64,000 nucleotides of DNA from contig OZ244999.1 in NCBI GenBank assembly GCA_965223265.1, forward strand, positions 928,001 through 992,000, written 5' to 3'. Of the stretch, positions 39,426-49,383 are shown piece after piece. The position numbers and the translations under genes are program-made. The stretch's first letter is position 1. Every line of letters starts with the position of its first letter. The notes beneath the pieces were generated by a model, which saw nothing but the letters and a program-made list of their open reading frames with translations, did no database searches and was not told the origin of the DNA. The stretch comes from Planctomycetota bacterium. Lineage in GTDB: Bacteria; Planctomycetota; UBA8108; SXIK01.

Positions 39426-39611
39426 CTGGAAGCGCTGCGAAAAGCATCTGCTCAGAAAGCCGCGGTCGCTTCGGAGCCTCGCTCAGTGATTGAGGTTGCG
39501 GAGAAGACCGTGACCGTGAGTTTCGGCCACGTCTTTAAAAACTCACAGCCTCGGCTTGTGCCCGCTACTTTAGGAAACCGTCCAGGCCCACGCTCACGCA
39601 AACGCCGTGCG

Positions 39612-40268
39612 TCAATGACGGGGGTTTGGTAGCGCAGCCTCGAGGCAGAGGACAACCGTGAGGAGCTGCTGTGGCTCCTCCGAGCGCAAAAGCTCGACCT
39701 GATAATTGCTCTTCGAGTTTGTGCCGTCGGTGTTTGTCTTCGTCACCATAGCGACGAGCTTGCCGTCGCGTCTTAGTTCGTAGTCGCGTTCGGCGAGATC
39801 GCCGTGGATGCGTAAGCCACGCGCGTCGCCACGGATTCTGAGACTCGGTCGATCTCGTTTGCGGCTGGACTCCTCGATGCTGAGCCAGGGGCGACCGTCG
39901 ATGCGAGCGCACAGGCGTGGCTTGAAGATTCCGGTGCGATAGATCTCGACACGACTTTCGATTTTCTCGGCGGCGTCGCGTGCGCGGCCAGCGTATTCAA
40001 GCTCCCAGTGGCGGGAATAGAGTGAACGGGCGAGGAATCGCGCGTCGCCGTCGTTCTCGACAGCGACCAGGGATTCCCGCGGATCGAACTCGTGCAGCGG
40101 CGTCGCGGAAACGCTAAAAACGCGCCAGCGTGGAAGCGGTTTGGCTGGCTCGTCCCGTGGGCTCTTGGAGTTTTCCCCGAGATTCGACACGAGGATCAGG
40201 ATGATCACAAGCGCCCCTGCAGCGGCTGCGACCATCCACAAGTCCAGCGATTCCACAAACGCTTCCAT
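39612..40268 (-). CDS. Membrane-anchored LURP-one/tubby-C-like protein
   Basis: N-terminal TM; C-terminal IHGDL..RDYEL.RDGKLVA.V.K...YQVEL resembles LURP1/scramblase; start ATG 40268. Confidence 0.6.
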   Translation of the reverse strand: MEAFVESLDLWMVAAAAGALVIILILVSNLGENSKSPRDEPAKPLPRWRVFSVSATPLHEFDPRESLVAVENDGDARFLARSLYSRHWELEYAGRARDAAEKIESRVEIYRTGIFKPRLCARIDGRPWLSIEESSRKRDRPSLRIRGDARGLRIHGDLAERDYELRRDGKLVAMVTKTNTDGTNSKSNYQVELLRSEEPQQLLTVVLCLEAALPNPRH

Positions 40269-40720
40269 GTGCCTCGACCGTCTCTTCGTGTGCGTGGGGA
40301 GTTTCGCCCTGCGCTCCTTGAGCGCGCTCCTCTCTCTTTTTTCGGCATCGGAGCGCGAACCCCTCACCAGCGCGTCGTTCCGATAGTGCGATTGGCCGCT
40401 CCAGCTTCCCGAACACCCGCCTGTTCGCGCCGCCGTTGCCTTGGATGGGTTTCGCAACTGTGCGATAATGCTCGGCACAACGCAGCGCCGGTGCCGGGGA
40501 CGCCATGAGCCGGTGGGCGGAGGTGTTGTGGGCGATCCCCAACGGGGTCGCAGCGGCCCTCCACTGACGCGGAGAGAAGATCGGAGTCATCACGATGCAA
40601 CTATGGAGTGTCTTTCTCGCCGCGGTTTCAGCTCCGCGGCACGTCACACTTCGCCCCTTCGACGTGGCGGGGCGGCGCTTGTTTTCAGCGCGCCACTCGA
40701 GCCGCGAGCGCGTCGCCGGT

Positions 40721-42142
40721 ATGCCACACAGCTCGGCTCCGCAGGCTCTCTGGCTCGCAGTCTGTGTCCTGGGCGCGCTTTTTTTTGCCGCGTCGGTCCG
40801 TGTGATCGCGACGGAGTCTGGAGAAGCACCGGATCCCAAGACTACGACCTACTACGGCGATGTTGAACCGATCGTCAAGGAGCGCTGCATTGGGTGCCAC
40901 GCTGGGGACCGTCCAAAGGCTCGACTCAATTTAGAGAGCCTCGAGGCCTTTCTTGAAGGTGGTCGCAAAGGTCCGGCTCTCGTCCCTGGGAAACCTGATG
41001 AGAGCCTGGTGTACTTGCTGATTGCAGGCGAGAAGAAGCCGATCATGCCGCCTAAGAAGGAAGGGCCCTTGTCCGCGGAGCAGATCGCAGTATTCAAGGC
41101 GTGGATCGTTGGCGGCTGTGCTCCCGGCGAAAAGAAAGTCGAGGTCGCGCCCTATTCGCAGCCCATTGCCGTTCCCATGTACAGTCGTGCACCGGCTGTC
41201 ACGGCGATGACCTATGGTCCCGAGGGAAAGAAGCTCTACGTTGCCGGATACCATGAGATCCTCGTGCACGACATGGCCGACGTCGCAGAGGCGAGTGACG
41301 ACACCAAGGTGGACAAGTCGACGCCAAGCGCGCGGTTTTTGGGTGAGGCCGAGAGCCTGTACAACCTGCAGATCTCTCCCGATGGTCGTTTTTTGGCGGC
41401 GGTTGGCGGCAGCCCCGCGCGCTTTGGTGAGCTGCAGGTCTGGGAGCTGGCGAGTGGCCAGCTGCACCGCTGGTCGCGCCACGGGAGCGATTGTCTCTAC
41501 GCGCTTTCGTTTTCTCCCGACGGCAAACGACTCGTCGTGGGCGGAACGGACCGGGCACTCCACGTGCTCGATTTTGAAAGCGGCAAAGAGCTCTTCGCGT
41601 CGGAGATTCACTCCGATTGGGTTTTCGGCGCCACCTTTAGCGCCGACGGTTCGCGGTTGGCGTCGGCAGGGCGCGACAAGACAGTCAAGGTCAGTGCTGC
41701 CGAAGATGGAAAGTTTCTCAAGAACCTCGCGACGCTAGGCGGTCCGGTGATGCGCGTCGTGGCGCGCCCTGGAAGTCAGCAGTTCGTCATCGCCTCGGAT
41801 TCGAAGCAGGCGATTCTCTACGATGCCAAAGAGCTGAAGGAGATTCGTAAACTCGAGGATCAGAGCGGCCCGGTGCTTGCCGCGGCATTTTCGCAGGACG
41901 GGAAGCAGGTCGCAGTCGGCGGCGCGAGCAAGGAGGTGAGGGTGTACGATGCCGACCACGGCAAGCGGCAATGGACGTTGACCGGACCAGCGGATTGGGT
42001 GTACGCCATTGCGTTTCGGCCGGACGGCAAACAACTCGCGGCGTCAGGCTACGATGGGATCGTTCACCTCTTCGACCTGGAGTCCGGCAAGGCGATCCGC
42101 AGTTTCAGCTCTGTGCCAGTGGGACGTTTCCGGCGCTTCTGA
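40721..42142 (+). CDS. Planctomycete cytochrome c domain + WD40 repeat protein
   Basis: Signal peptide, CIGCH, LVPGKPDES...MPP...WI, several FSPDG/WD repeats. Confidence 0.88.
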   Translation: MPHSSAPQALWLAVCVLGALFFAASVRVIATESGEAPDPKTTTYYGDVEPIVKERCIGCHAGDRPKARLNLESLEAFLEGGRKGPALVPGKPDESLVYLLIAGEKKPIMPPKKEGPLSAEQIAVFKAWIVGGCAPGEKKVEVAPYSQPIAVPMYSRAPAVTAMTYGPEGKKLYVAGYHEILVHDMADVAEASDDTKVDKSTPSARFLGEAESLYNLQISPDGRFLAAVGGSPARFGELQVWELASGQLHRWSRHGSDCLYALSFSPDGKRLVVGGTDRALHVLDFESGKELFASEIHSDWVFGATFSADGSRLASAGRDKTVKVSAAEDGKFLKNLATLGGPVMRVVARPGSQQFVIASDSKQAILYDAKELKEIRKLEDQSGPVLAAAFSQDGKQVAVGGASKEVRVYDADHGKRQWTLTGPADWVYAIAFRPDGKQLAASGYDGIVHLFDLESGKAIRSFSSVPVGRFRRF

Positions 42143-42469
42143 GACGGTCCCAACGTGCTGGAGTTCCGCTCCCTACCGCGACTCGGACCCGGTGCTCGGC
42201 GCCGCCGTTCGCTTTCGAGTCGGCCATCCTTGGTACCCGGCCTCCGAATCGGTGGCTGAGTCCACCGCCTTTGTTCCCGCTGTTCAAAAGGGTGTGTCTC
42301 CGCCTCCTCCGCCGCCTCTGTCTACGCCTCCGGCCCCCGTCTCACAGACTGATAAAGGTCAAAGTGCCGGCAGCGCATCCGCCGAAGAGGGATGTGATGA
42401 CGCTGGTCGCCTGCCGACGGCAGGCAAGCACACCGATCGCTGCTGGATTGAAGAGGAGGTTGAAGAGAG

Positions 42470-42952
42470 ATGCTGCGACGCATGGGTCTCGTTTTGGCGG
42501 CGGTGGGGGTGCTGGGATGCCACGGACGACCGTTGATCCTCTACGATGCCGCGGAAGGGCGCCAATGGGCGTGGCCTTACTTCCTTGACGAAAAGCCCAC
42601 GGTCCTCGCGTTCTGGTCGACTGATGAGATCGAATGCATCGACGCGATTCCGGCCCTGAACACGCTCAATCGCATGGACAGTTCGGTCGAGCTCGTCTCG
42701 GTCGTCGTCGGCGACGATCGGGCTCGCATCGACTCGACGCTGCGCGGCCAATACCGCTACCCCGTCGAGTTCGTCGCTCTTGTCGATCAGGAAGGACGAC
42801 TGGCACGAAAGTGCGGAGTCAGATGGTATCCGACCTACATTCTCTACGACGTGAACGGCAACGAAGTGACGCGTTCCCACGAGGTCGCGACCATCAACAA
42901 TTGGTTCACGCGTTCGCGTTGGTTGGCGCGGACGGGTGCGTACCGCGAGTGA
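42470..42952 (+). CDS. TlpA/thioredoxin-like lipoprotein lacking the first Cys
   Basis: Lipobox VLGC, KPTVLAFWSTDEIEC, GVRWYPTYILYD.NG. Confidence 0.72.
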   Translation: MLRRMGLVLAAVGVLGCHGRPLILYDAAEGRQWAWPYFLDEKPTVLAFWSTDEIECIDAIPALNTLNRMDSSVELVSVVVGDDRARIDSTLRGQYRYPVEFVALVDQEGRLARKCGVRWYPTYILYDVNGNEVTRSHEVATINNWFTRSRWLARTGAYRE

Positions 42953-43007
42953 ACAGACGGCGGTCGGCGTCGTCCGCGGAATGGAGTCTCAGGCGACAGC
43001 GCCACGC

Positions 43008-44615
43008 TCAGCGAAAACGGTTCGGAAACGGCCGAGAGCCGAGCAGCCCTACGAGCGCACTCACGAAGGTGCCGACGACGGTCCAATACGGCCACGCCAG
43101 GTTTGGAACGTAGTCCCTGATGAGTTCGGTGACGCCAGCTGGGACGACCTCCAAGAGGCTTTGCTCGATCGGTGGGGCAGAGGTAGCGGAACCGTCGAGC
43201 AAGGCTCGCAAGCGGAACACAAGAACGACGAAAGCGCTGAGCAGCATTCCGATGCTAACGGTGAGCGACGAGCCGCGCCGGGTCAAGAGGCCGACGAGAA
43301 ACGCCCCGAGCAGCCCGCCGTAGACGTAGGTCAGAACGCGGAGCGCCAGCTCGACGACACTCTCTTCGCCGCCGTGAAAGGCGCAAGCCGCCGCGATGAG
43401 AAGTGCTCCCCAGATCACGGTCGCGACGCGTGAGGCGGTCAGAAAGTGCCGATCCTCCTGCACGCGCAGACCGCGTAGACGCTGCAGTGGCCGGTAGAAG
43501 TCGGTGATCGTCGTGGCAGCAAGCGCATTGAGCACCGAGGTTAGACTGCTGAGTGCTGCAGCGACGAGCCCCGCGGTCATGAAGCCGGAGATCCCGGGCG
43601 GCAGTTCACGCAGGAAGAACGTCGGAAAGATGTGATTCTTGTTCTCAGGCAGGGTGTACTGCGGTGGGAACGCTTCGTAGTAGAGGGCCACGAGCGTGCC
43701 GACCGTCAGGAACAACGCAAAGAGCGGGATGATCAATACGCCGCTCGCGATGACCGAGAGGCTGCCGCTGCGGTCATCTTTGCAGGTGAGGATCCTCTGG
43801 GCGATGTCTTGATCGGTGCCGTGGGTGGCGACCGTCAGGAACGCGCCGCCGAGGAGTCCAGCGAGAAATGACTTGGCGTCGCTGAGGTCGAGGTTGAATG
43901 AGAACACCGAAATGCGTTCCAGGAACGACTCCATCGTCAGCGCGGTGACAGCTGGATTGGAGGCTGCTGCGCTACTGTCAAGCTCGATCAAGAGATACCC
44001 GATCGCCAAAAGGCAGCTGGCAAGAAACGTTAGCCCGAGCAGAACATCCGTCCAGATGACTGCTCGAATACCGCCGGCGACGGTGAGGAGCGTTCCTCCG
44101 ATGCCGACCAGGACGACTGTGGCGATCACCGGATCGACGGACCCGCCGATATCTCCCGCCGTTTCAAAGGCGAGAGCGAGCGCCACGCAGCCAGCCAGCA
44201 AACGCACCCCACTGGCGGCGATACGCCCGAACAGAAAGAGTAGGGCTGCCAGGGTTCGAGCTCCTGTGCCGAAGCGGTAGCCGAGGTATCCGTACACGGT
44301 CTCGTAGTCGTCGGCATAGAAAGCTCGAACGAAGAAGAGCGCCAAGAAGACGCGGCCAACCAGGTAGCCAAGCGTCAATTGAATGTAGCTCCAGTCGCCA
44401 GCGTATCCGAGTGCGGGGAGGCCGATGAAGCTGACCGCGCTGGTCTCCGTCGCGATGATCGATAGCGTCGCTGCCCACCAAGGCAGAGATCGACCGCCGA
44501 GAAAATAGTCGCGCGTATTCTTCTGACCGCGCGATGGATAGATCGCGACGCCGCCGACGACGCAAAAAAAAGCGGCGAAGACAACCCAATCGAGCGTGGT
44601 CAGTCCCGGTGCCAT
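43008..44615 (-). CDS. Sodium:solute symporter family protein
   Basis: DYFLGGRSLPWW, ATETSA, GGIRAVIWTD, HGTDQD..QR, AAALSS. Confidence 0.92.
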   Translation of the reverse strand: MAPGLTTLDWVVFAAFFCVVGGVAIYPSRGQKNTRDYFLGGRSLPWWAATLSIIATETSAVSFIGLPALGYAGDWSYIQLTLGYLVGRVFLALFFVRAFYADDYETVYGYLGYRFGTGARTLAALLFLFGRIAASGVRLLAGCVALALAFETAGDIGGSVDPVIATVVLVGIGGTLLTVAGGIRAVIWTDVLLGLTFLASCLLAIGYLLIELDSSAAASNPAVTALTMESFLERISVFSFNLDLSDAKSFLAGLLGGAFLTVATHGTDQDIAQRILTCKDDRSGSLSVIASGVLIIPLFALFLTVGTLVALYYEAFPPQYTLPENKNHIFPTFFLRELPPGISGFMTAGLVAAALSSLTSVLNALAATTITDFYRPLQRLRGLRVQEDRHFLTASRVATVIWGALLIAAACAFHGGEESVVELALRVLTYVYGGLLGAFLVGLLTRRGSSLTVSIGMLLSAFVVLVFRLRALLDGSATSAPPIEQSLLEVVPAGVTELIRDYVPNLAWPYWTVVGTFVSALVGLLGSRPFPNRFR

Positions 44616-45064
44616 GGCGGCGCAGTATAGCGAGCGCTGCGAGTTGGTGCAATCAGCGTCGAAACGAGCGCCGGAGTAGCCAAGCGAAACACAGAAGCCG
44701 ATGCTTGGCCGTGAGAATCCTGCTCGGCAAGAAGAACCCAGCAGAGAACGTTGCGTCGATCCGTCTTTTGGCCTGTATCAGCTCCCGCTTCGGTTCTCCA
44801 ACGTGTCCGTTCCCGCGCATCTTTCCGCGCGTCTCCTTCGTGTCCTCGGGCGTCTGCTTTCCGCCGCGGCAAACAGTGGAGCTCGCCCCCGCCAGCTCCT
44901 ATAATTCCCGCTTGTTTCCGAGCGCGTTGCGGTGGTGATGACGCATCCGGCCTTCCGGCTGTGCCGGCACCTACTGCCGGCACCCTCTGTCGGTATACGT
45001 TCCCGCGATCATGAACTAGCCACGACGGCGCGCCTCTTGTTCTCGATCACCTGGAGTTCACGCT

Positions 45065-45736
45065 ATGGCTCAGTTCCGACGCCTGGAGACGTTGACGACG
45101 ATACTGCGCACCGGGCTTGTGCCGATCTTCTACGATCGTGATCCCGAGATGGCGCAATCGGTGGCGCGTGCGGTTGCGCGTGGCGGCTCCAACGTCATCG
45201 AGTTCACCAACCGAGGCGATGGCGCGCCGCGAGTTTTCGAGGAGCTGGTACGTGTCTGCCGCGCTGAGCTACCTGAAATGGTCGTGGGTGTCGGGACCAT
45301 CGGCGACGCGGCGACGGCGGCTCTCTATCTCTCGCTCGGCGCTGACTACGTCGTCACCCCGGTCCTGCAGCCCGACGTGATTCGTCTCTGCAATCGACGC
45401 AAGATTCCGGTCCTTCCCGGCTGCGGTACTTCGACGGAGATCGCACAAGCTGAGGAGCTCGGATGTGAGATCATCAAAGTGTTTCCGGCGGACGCGCTCG
45501 GTGGACCAGGCTTCATCAAGTCGCTGCTCGGACCGTCTCCGTGGTCGTCGCTGATGCCGACCGGAGGTGTGTCGCTCACCGCTGAGAGTGTGCAAGGGTG
45601 GCTCAAAGCCGGTGCGGTTGCCGTCGGTATGGGGTCGGCGCTCTTGAGCAAGGATCTGCTTGCGGGCAAAGACTTTGAGGCGGTCAGCGAGCGGGTGGCG
45701 CAGGTCCTTGGGTGGATCCGCGAGGCCCGCGCGTGA
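45065..45736 (+). CDS. eda: KDPG/KHG aldolase
   Basis: EFTNR, GVGTI, PGC.T.TEI, IKVFP, MPTGGV. Confidence 0.92.
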   Translation: MAQFRRLETLTTILRTGLVPIFYDRDPEMAQSVARAVARGGSNVIEFTNRGDGAPRVFEELVRVCRAELPEMVVGVGTIGDAATAALYLSLGADYVVTPVLQPDVIRLCNRRKIPVLPGCGTSTEIAQAEELGCEIIKVFPADALGGPGFIKSLLGPSPWSSLMPTGGVSLTAESVQGWLKAGAVAVGMGSALLSKDLLAGKDFEAVSERVAQVLGWIREARA

Positions 45737-45865
45737 GAGAGTCGGCGACCGGCGCGCAGATTGGGGACCGCGAGAAGTCTTTCGACGGGTTTGGACACAG
45801 CAAATACTCGCCGCGTTGAACGATCGGTGCGGCAGCGAACCATATCTTCGTGAGGAACAAGCTTT

Positions 45866-46135
45866 ATGTCTCTTTTCAAAGTGACGATCGAATACTGCGT
45901 GCAGTGAAACTTCAAGCCGAAGGCGACCAGTTTGGTCGCTGAAATCGCGACGAAGTTTAAGGATTCCGCGTTCGACCTCGAGACCCAGCTCATCGAGGGA
46001 CGTGGCGGCGTGTTCGACGTCAAGCTCGACGGCGACCTCATCTTTAGCAAGCAGCAGGTGGATCGCTTTCCCAATGCTGGCGAGGTGTCTGAAATCATCG
46101 AGGCGCGCCTGGCTGACGCATCCGCCAGCGGATGA
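45866..46135 (+). CDS. Rdx family (SelW/SelT/SelH) selenoprotein, Sec at codon 14
   Basis: ATG 45866 gives MSLFKVTIEYCVQ-TGA(45905-45907)-NFKPKA...GRGGVFDV..DG..IFSK....RFP. CxxU is followed by a GCC-GAA-GGC hairpin. Confidence 0.85.
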
Positions 46136-46152
46136 AGCGTTGTGAGTCGTGA

Positions 46153-48267
46153 ATGAAGAAGGATCCCAACGCCCACGCTCTGCGGGTACTCGAGTATGAC
46201 CGTATTCGCGAAGTGCTCGCGTCGTACGCCGCGTCGCCGCTTGGAAAACAGCTGGCGCGTCGCTTGCAGCCACTGACGTCGATGGATCTGATGGCGCAAG
46301 CGCACGAGCAGGCGCAGGAGATGCGCACGCTCCTGCGCCGCGACGTGCGCATTCCGCTGGCAGGCAGTCGCGATGTGGTCAGTGAGCTCGATCGGGTGAA
46401 GCGCCACGGCCGCCCAGCAGAGGCGGAGCAGCTCTATCATGTCGTCGAGCTCCTGCGCGTCGGTGTGCGACTGCGCGGCCTCCTGGGCGAGAATTCGGCG
46501 ACGCCGCAGCTAGCCGCTCTGGCGCGAACGATTGAAGACAAGCCTGAGCTCCGCGACGAGATCCCGCAGCGCGTTGATCCCCGCGACGGCGTGCGCAGCG
46601 AAGCGTCGCCGAAGCTGGCCGAGCTACGGCAGCGCATCGAGCGACTGCGCGAGCAGCTGCGTGAAAAGGCGCGGCGCATGCTCTCGAGTCCCGAGCTGCG
46701 CGGCGCGTTTCAGGGCGGCGGCGTCACGATCAAGCACGATCGCTACCTTGTGCCGGTCAAGGGCGAGTACCGGGCGCGAGTGCGCGGTCCCATTCGTGAC
46801 CGTTCGCACAGTGGTTCGACGCTCTTCGTTGAGCCGGAGAGCATGACTCAGCAAGGGGATGAGCTCGTCGATTGCGTCGACAAGGAACGGGGCGAAGTCC
46901 TCCGCATTCTGTGGGAGTTGACGCGCAAGGTGCTCGACGCGCGGCCAGTCTTGCGGCGAGTCCAGGAGAGCATTGCCCGGATCGATCTCACCTTTGCCAA
47001 AGCGGCCTACGCGGAAGCTTTCGGACTCGAGAGTCCGCAGATCGAGCCGCAGAACGTCCTTGACCTACGCGACGCGCGCCATCCCTACCTTATGTGGTTG
47101 GCACGCGACACCCACAAGGACCACCGCAGCATCGACCTTGAGCGAGTGCACGCCAGCGTGCGCGCACTCAGCGTTCGCCTTGGCGAGCGTTACCGCGTCG
47201 TCGTCGTCACCGGACCCAACACGGGCGGTAAGACGGTGGCGCTCAAAACGATTGGACTGAACGTGTTGCTTGCGCTCAGCGGTGTGCCGATCGCGGCGTC
47301 GGCGCAGTCGCGAGTGCCGTGCTATCAGGGCGTTTTCGCTGACATCGGCGACGAGCAGAGCATCGAGCAGAGCTTGAGCACGTTTTCGTCCCATCTGACG
47401 CAGATCATCAACGTGCTGCGCCGCGCTGAAGGCCGGGCGCTGATTCTGTTCGACGAACTGGGGGCTGGCACCGACCCGCTTGAAGGAGCGGCGCTGGGTC
47501 AAGCGATTCTCGACCGCTGTTTGGAGCGTGGCTGGCACACTGTGATCACGACTCATATCGGTAGTCTGAAGAGTTATGCATTTGCCCGAGACGGCGTGGA
47601 GAACGCCGCGATGGAGTTCGACGAAGAGTCTCTGCAGCCGACCTATCGACTGCTGATGGGGGTGCCTGGACGTTCGATGGCGCTCGCCGTCGCGGGTCGT
47701 ATGGGTTTCGACGAAGCGCTGCTGGCCGCTGCCGCCGAACAAGTCGAGAGTGACGGCGGACCGTCGCAGCAGGTGATCCGTGGAATGGAGAAGAGCCGCC
47801 GCCGCATCGAGCGTGAGCGGAAGCGGGTGGAGAGCGCCAGGCGCAAGGCAACCGGTGAGGCGCGCGAGTATGAGGAGCGCAAGCGGGAGCTCGACGCCGA
47901 AAAGGACGGATTGCGGCGTGAGATGGAGGAGGCGGTTGACGAGACTCTTCGGCACGCCAAGGCGAAGCTTCAGCCCCTCATGGATCGTCTCAGCAATCTG
48001 CCGCAAAGCCACGCGCGAACAGTCAACGAACTGCGTGAAGAGGTTGAGCGGCTGCTCGTGTCGGCGCCGCTTGGCGAACGGCGAGAAGCATTCGCGCGTT
48101 CTTTGAAGAAAGGTTCGTCCGTCTACGTGCCCAAGTTTCGCAGCACAGGTGAGGTGCGCAAAATCGATAAAGGTGGCCGCCGGCTGACCTTGCTGCTAAA
48201 CTCCATGTCGGTCGAAATCAGTTTCGACGATGTTTCGTGGATCGATGCCGGTGGCACGGAAGGGTGA
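46153..48267 (+). CDS. mutS2: MutS2-like ATPase lacking the C-terminal Smr domain
   Basis: LEY..I, S.SG.TLFVEP, GPNTGGKT, DIGDEQSIEQSLSTFSSH, DELGAGTDP.EG, coiled coil; ends after a KOW-like domain. Confidence 0.88.
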   Translation: MKKDPNAHALRVLEYDRIREVLASYAASPLGKQLARRLQPLTSMDLMAQAHEQAQEMRTLLRRDVRIPLAGSRDVVSELDRVKRHGRPAEAEQLYHVVELLRVGVRLRGLLGENSATPQLAALARTIEDKPELRDEIPQRVDPRDGVRSEASPKLAELRQRIERLREQLREKARRMLSSPELRGAFQGGGVTIKHDRYLVPVKGEYRARVRGPIRDRSHSGSTLFVEPESMTQQGDELVDCVDKERGEVLRILWELTRKVLDARPVLRRVQESIARIDLTFAKAAYAEAFGLESPQIEPQNVLDLRDARHPYLMWLARDTHKDHRSIDLERVHASVRALSVRLGERYRVVVVTGPNTGGKTVALKTIGLNVLLALSGVPIAASAQSRVPCYQGVFADIGDEQSIEQSLSTFSSHLTQIINVLRRAEGRALILFDELGAGTDPLEGAALGQAILDRCLERGWHTVITTHIGSLKSYAFARDGVENAAMEFDEESLQPTYRLLMGVPGRSMALAVAGRMGFDEALLAAAAEQVESDGGPSQQVIRGMEKSRRRIERERKRVESARRKATGEAREYEERKRELDAEKDGLRREMEEAVDETLRHAKAKLQPLMDRLSNLPQSHARTVNELREEVERLLVSAPLGERREAFARSLKKGSSVYVPKFRSTGEVRKIDKGGRRLTLLLNSMSVEISFDDVSWIDAGGTEG

Positions 48268-48319
48268 ACAGGTCGTCGCGAGGACGCCGCAGAACCATCG
48301 GCCGTCGGCACGCAGGTGA

Positions 48320-49345
48320 TTGAGGCTGGTGATTGAGATCCCACGCGGGCATCGGATCGTCGAATTCGATCGATCCGCTCTCGCCCGTTTGACACTTTGT
48401 TCGTTGGGAAACCGTCTTGTTGGAAACGAAGTGACTGGCAACGTGTTACGCATCCCCAGATCGCGGTCCTTGGTCGCAGCGCTGTGGGCGGTGAGCTTCT
48501 GCCTCGCGACGCCTGGGGAATTTGTACTGCGTGGACTGAGCGCGCAGGAGAAAGCCGGCGCGGCGGCAACAGACGAGGCGAAGGGCAACGGCGCTGGAGC
48601 CGGCCGCGTGCGCGAGGTGCTGAGACTGCCGGCGGCCAATGGCGCGGCTGCCGCACCGGACCGTCGCGAGCAAGAGCCCAAGAACAACGCGAACGCGAAG
48701 TGGAAACCGTGGAAAGAGCTTTTTAGTCGAGCCACTGCAGCGAAGCTGCTGGGGGCTTTTCTGCTGTCGGCTCTCCTGGCAGCTGCGATCGCCTACCACC
48801 CTTCTAGTCTCGGCAAGGCGCGTCGACTCTCGGAGCTGGAGGCACCCAAGACATACGTTTTGTACGCCGTCGTCGGTTCCCTCGTGGGAATGCTTGTCGC
48901 GACCAACGATCTCCTTGGGCTCGCCATCTTCGGCTTAGGCGGGCTGATGCGCTTCCGCACTGATGTTGGCGCCGCCAAGGATACCGGGCGCGTTATCTTT
49001 GTAACTCTCATCGGTCTTTGCTGCGGGCTGGACAAGCCAGCCGTGGCCGTTTACTCGACGCTTTTCGTTTTCGTGCTGATTTTCCTTCTCGAGCGAGGTG
49101 TTGTGTACCGCATCGCCGTCAAGGGGGTGGGCGAGCAGCAGATCGTGAGCTCCGAATCGGCCTATGTCGAACTTTTGGTTGAGTACGGCTGCCGCATCCT
49201 CAACGTGAAGAAGAACGTGATCAAGAATCAGATCCAAATCACGTTCCGCGCTCCTCGCACGCTCGATCAAGAAGACCTTGAGGAAGTCCTCGCGGAAGAG
49301 ATCGCGGACGAGCGCAAGGGCGTGATCGATTGGCAGACGCGATAG
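48320..49345 (+). CDS. DUF4956 (MgtC-like) membrane protein; start uncertain
   Basis: FGLGGLMRFRT...KDT..IF...IGLCCG, followed by an ACT-like C-terminus. Confidence 0.7.
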   Translation: MRLVIEIPRGHRIVEFDRSALARLTLCSLGNRLVGNEVTGNVLRIPRSRSLVAALWAVSFCLATPGEFVLRGLSAQEKAGAAATDEAKGNGAGAGRVREVLRLPAANGAAAAPDRREQEPKNNANAKWKPWKELFSRATAAKLLGAFLLSALLAAAIAYHPSSLGKARRLSELEAPKTYVLYAVVGSLVGMLVATNDLLGLAIFGLGGLMRFRTDVGAAKDTGRVIFVTLIGLCCGLDKPAVAVYSTLFVFVLIFLLERGVVYRIAVKGVGEQQIVSSESAYVELLVEYGCRILNVKKNVIKNQIQITFRAPRTLDQEDLEEVLAEEIADERKGVIDWQTR

Positions 49346-49383
49346 TCTTGGCGCGTCGATTGCGCCGCATGGTGTGAGACTCA

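Noticed and set aside
45269-46440. Long minus-strand ORFs (334 and 364 aa)
   Set aside because: They are antisense to eda, the selenoprotein and mutS2, and have no motifs. This is typical of high-GC shadow ORFs, as are most other short ORFs in the track.
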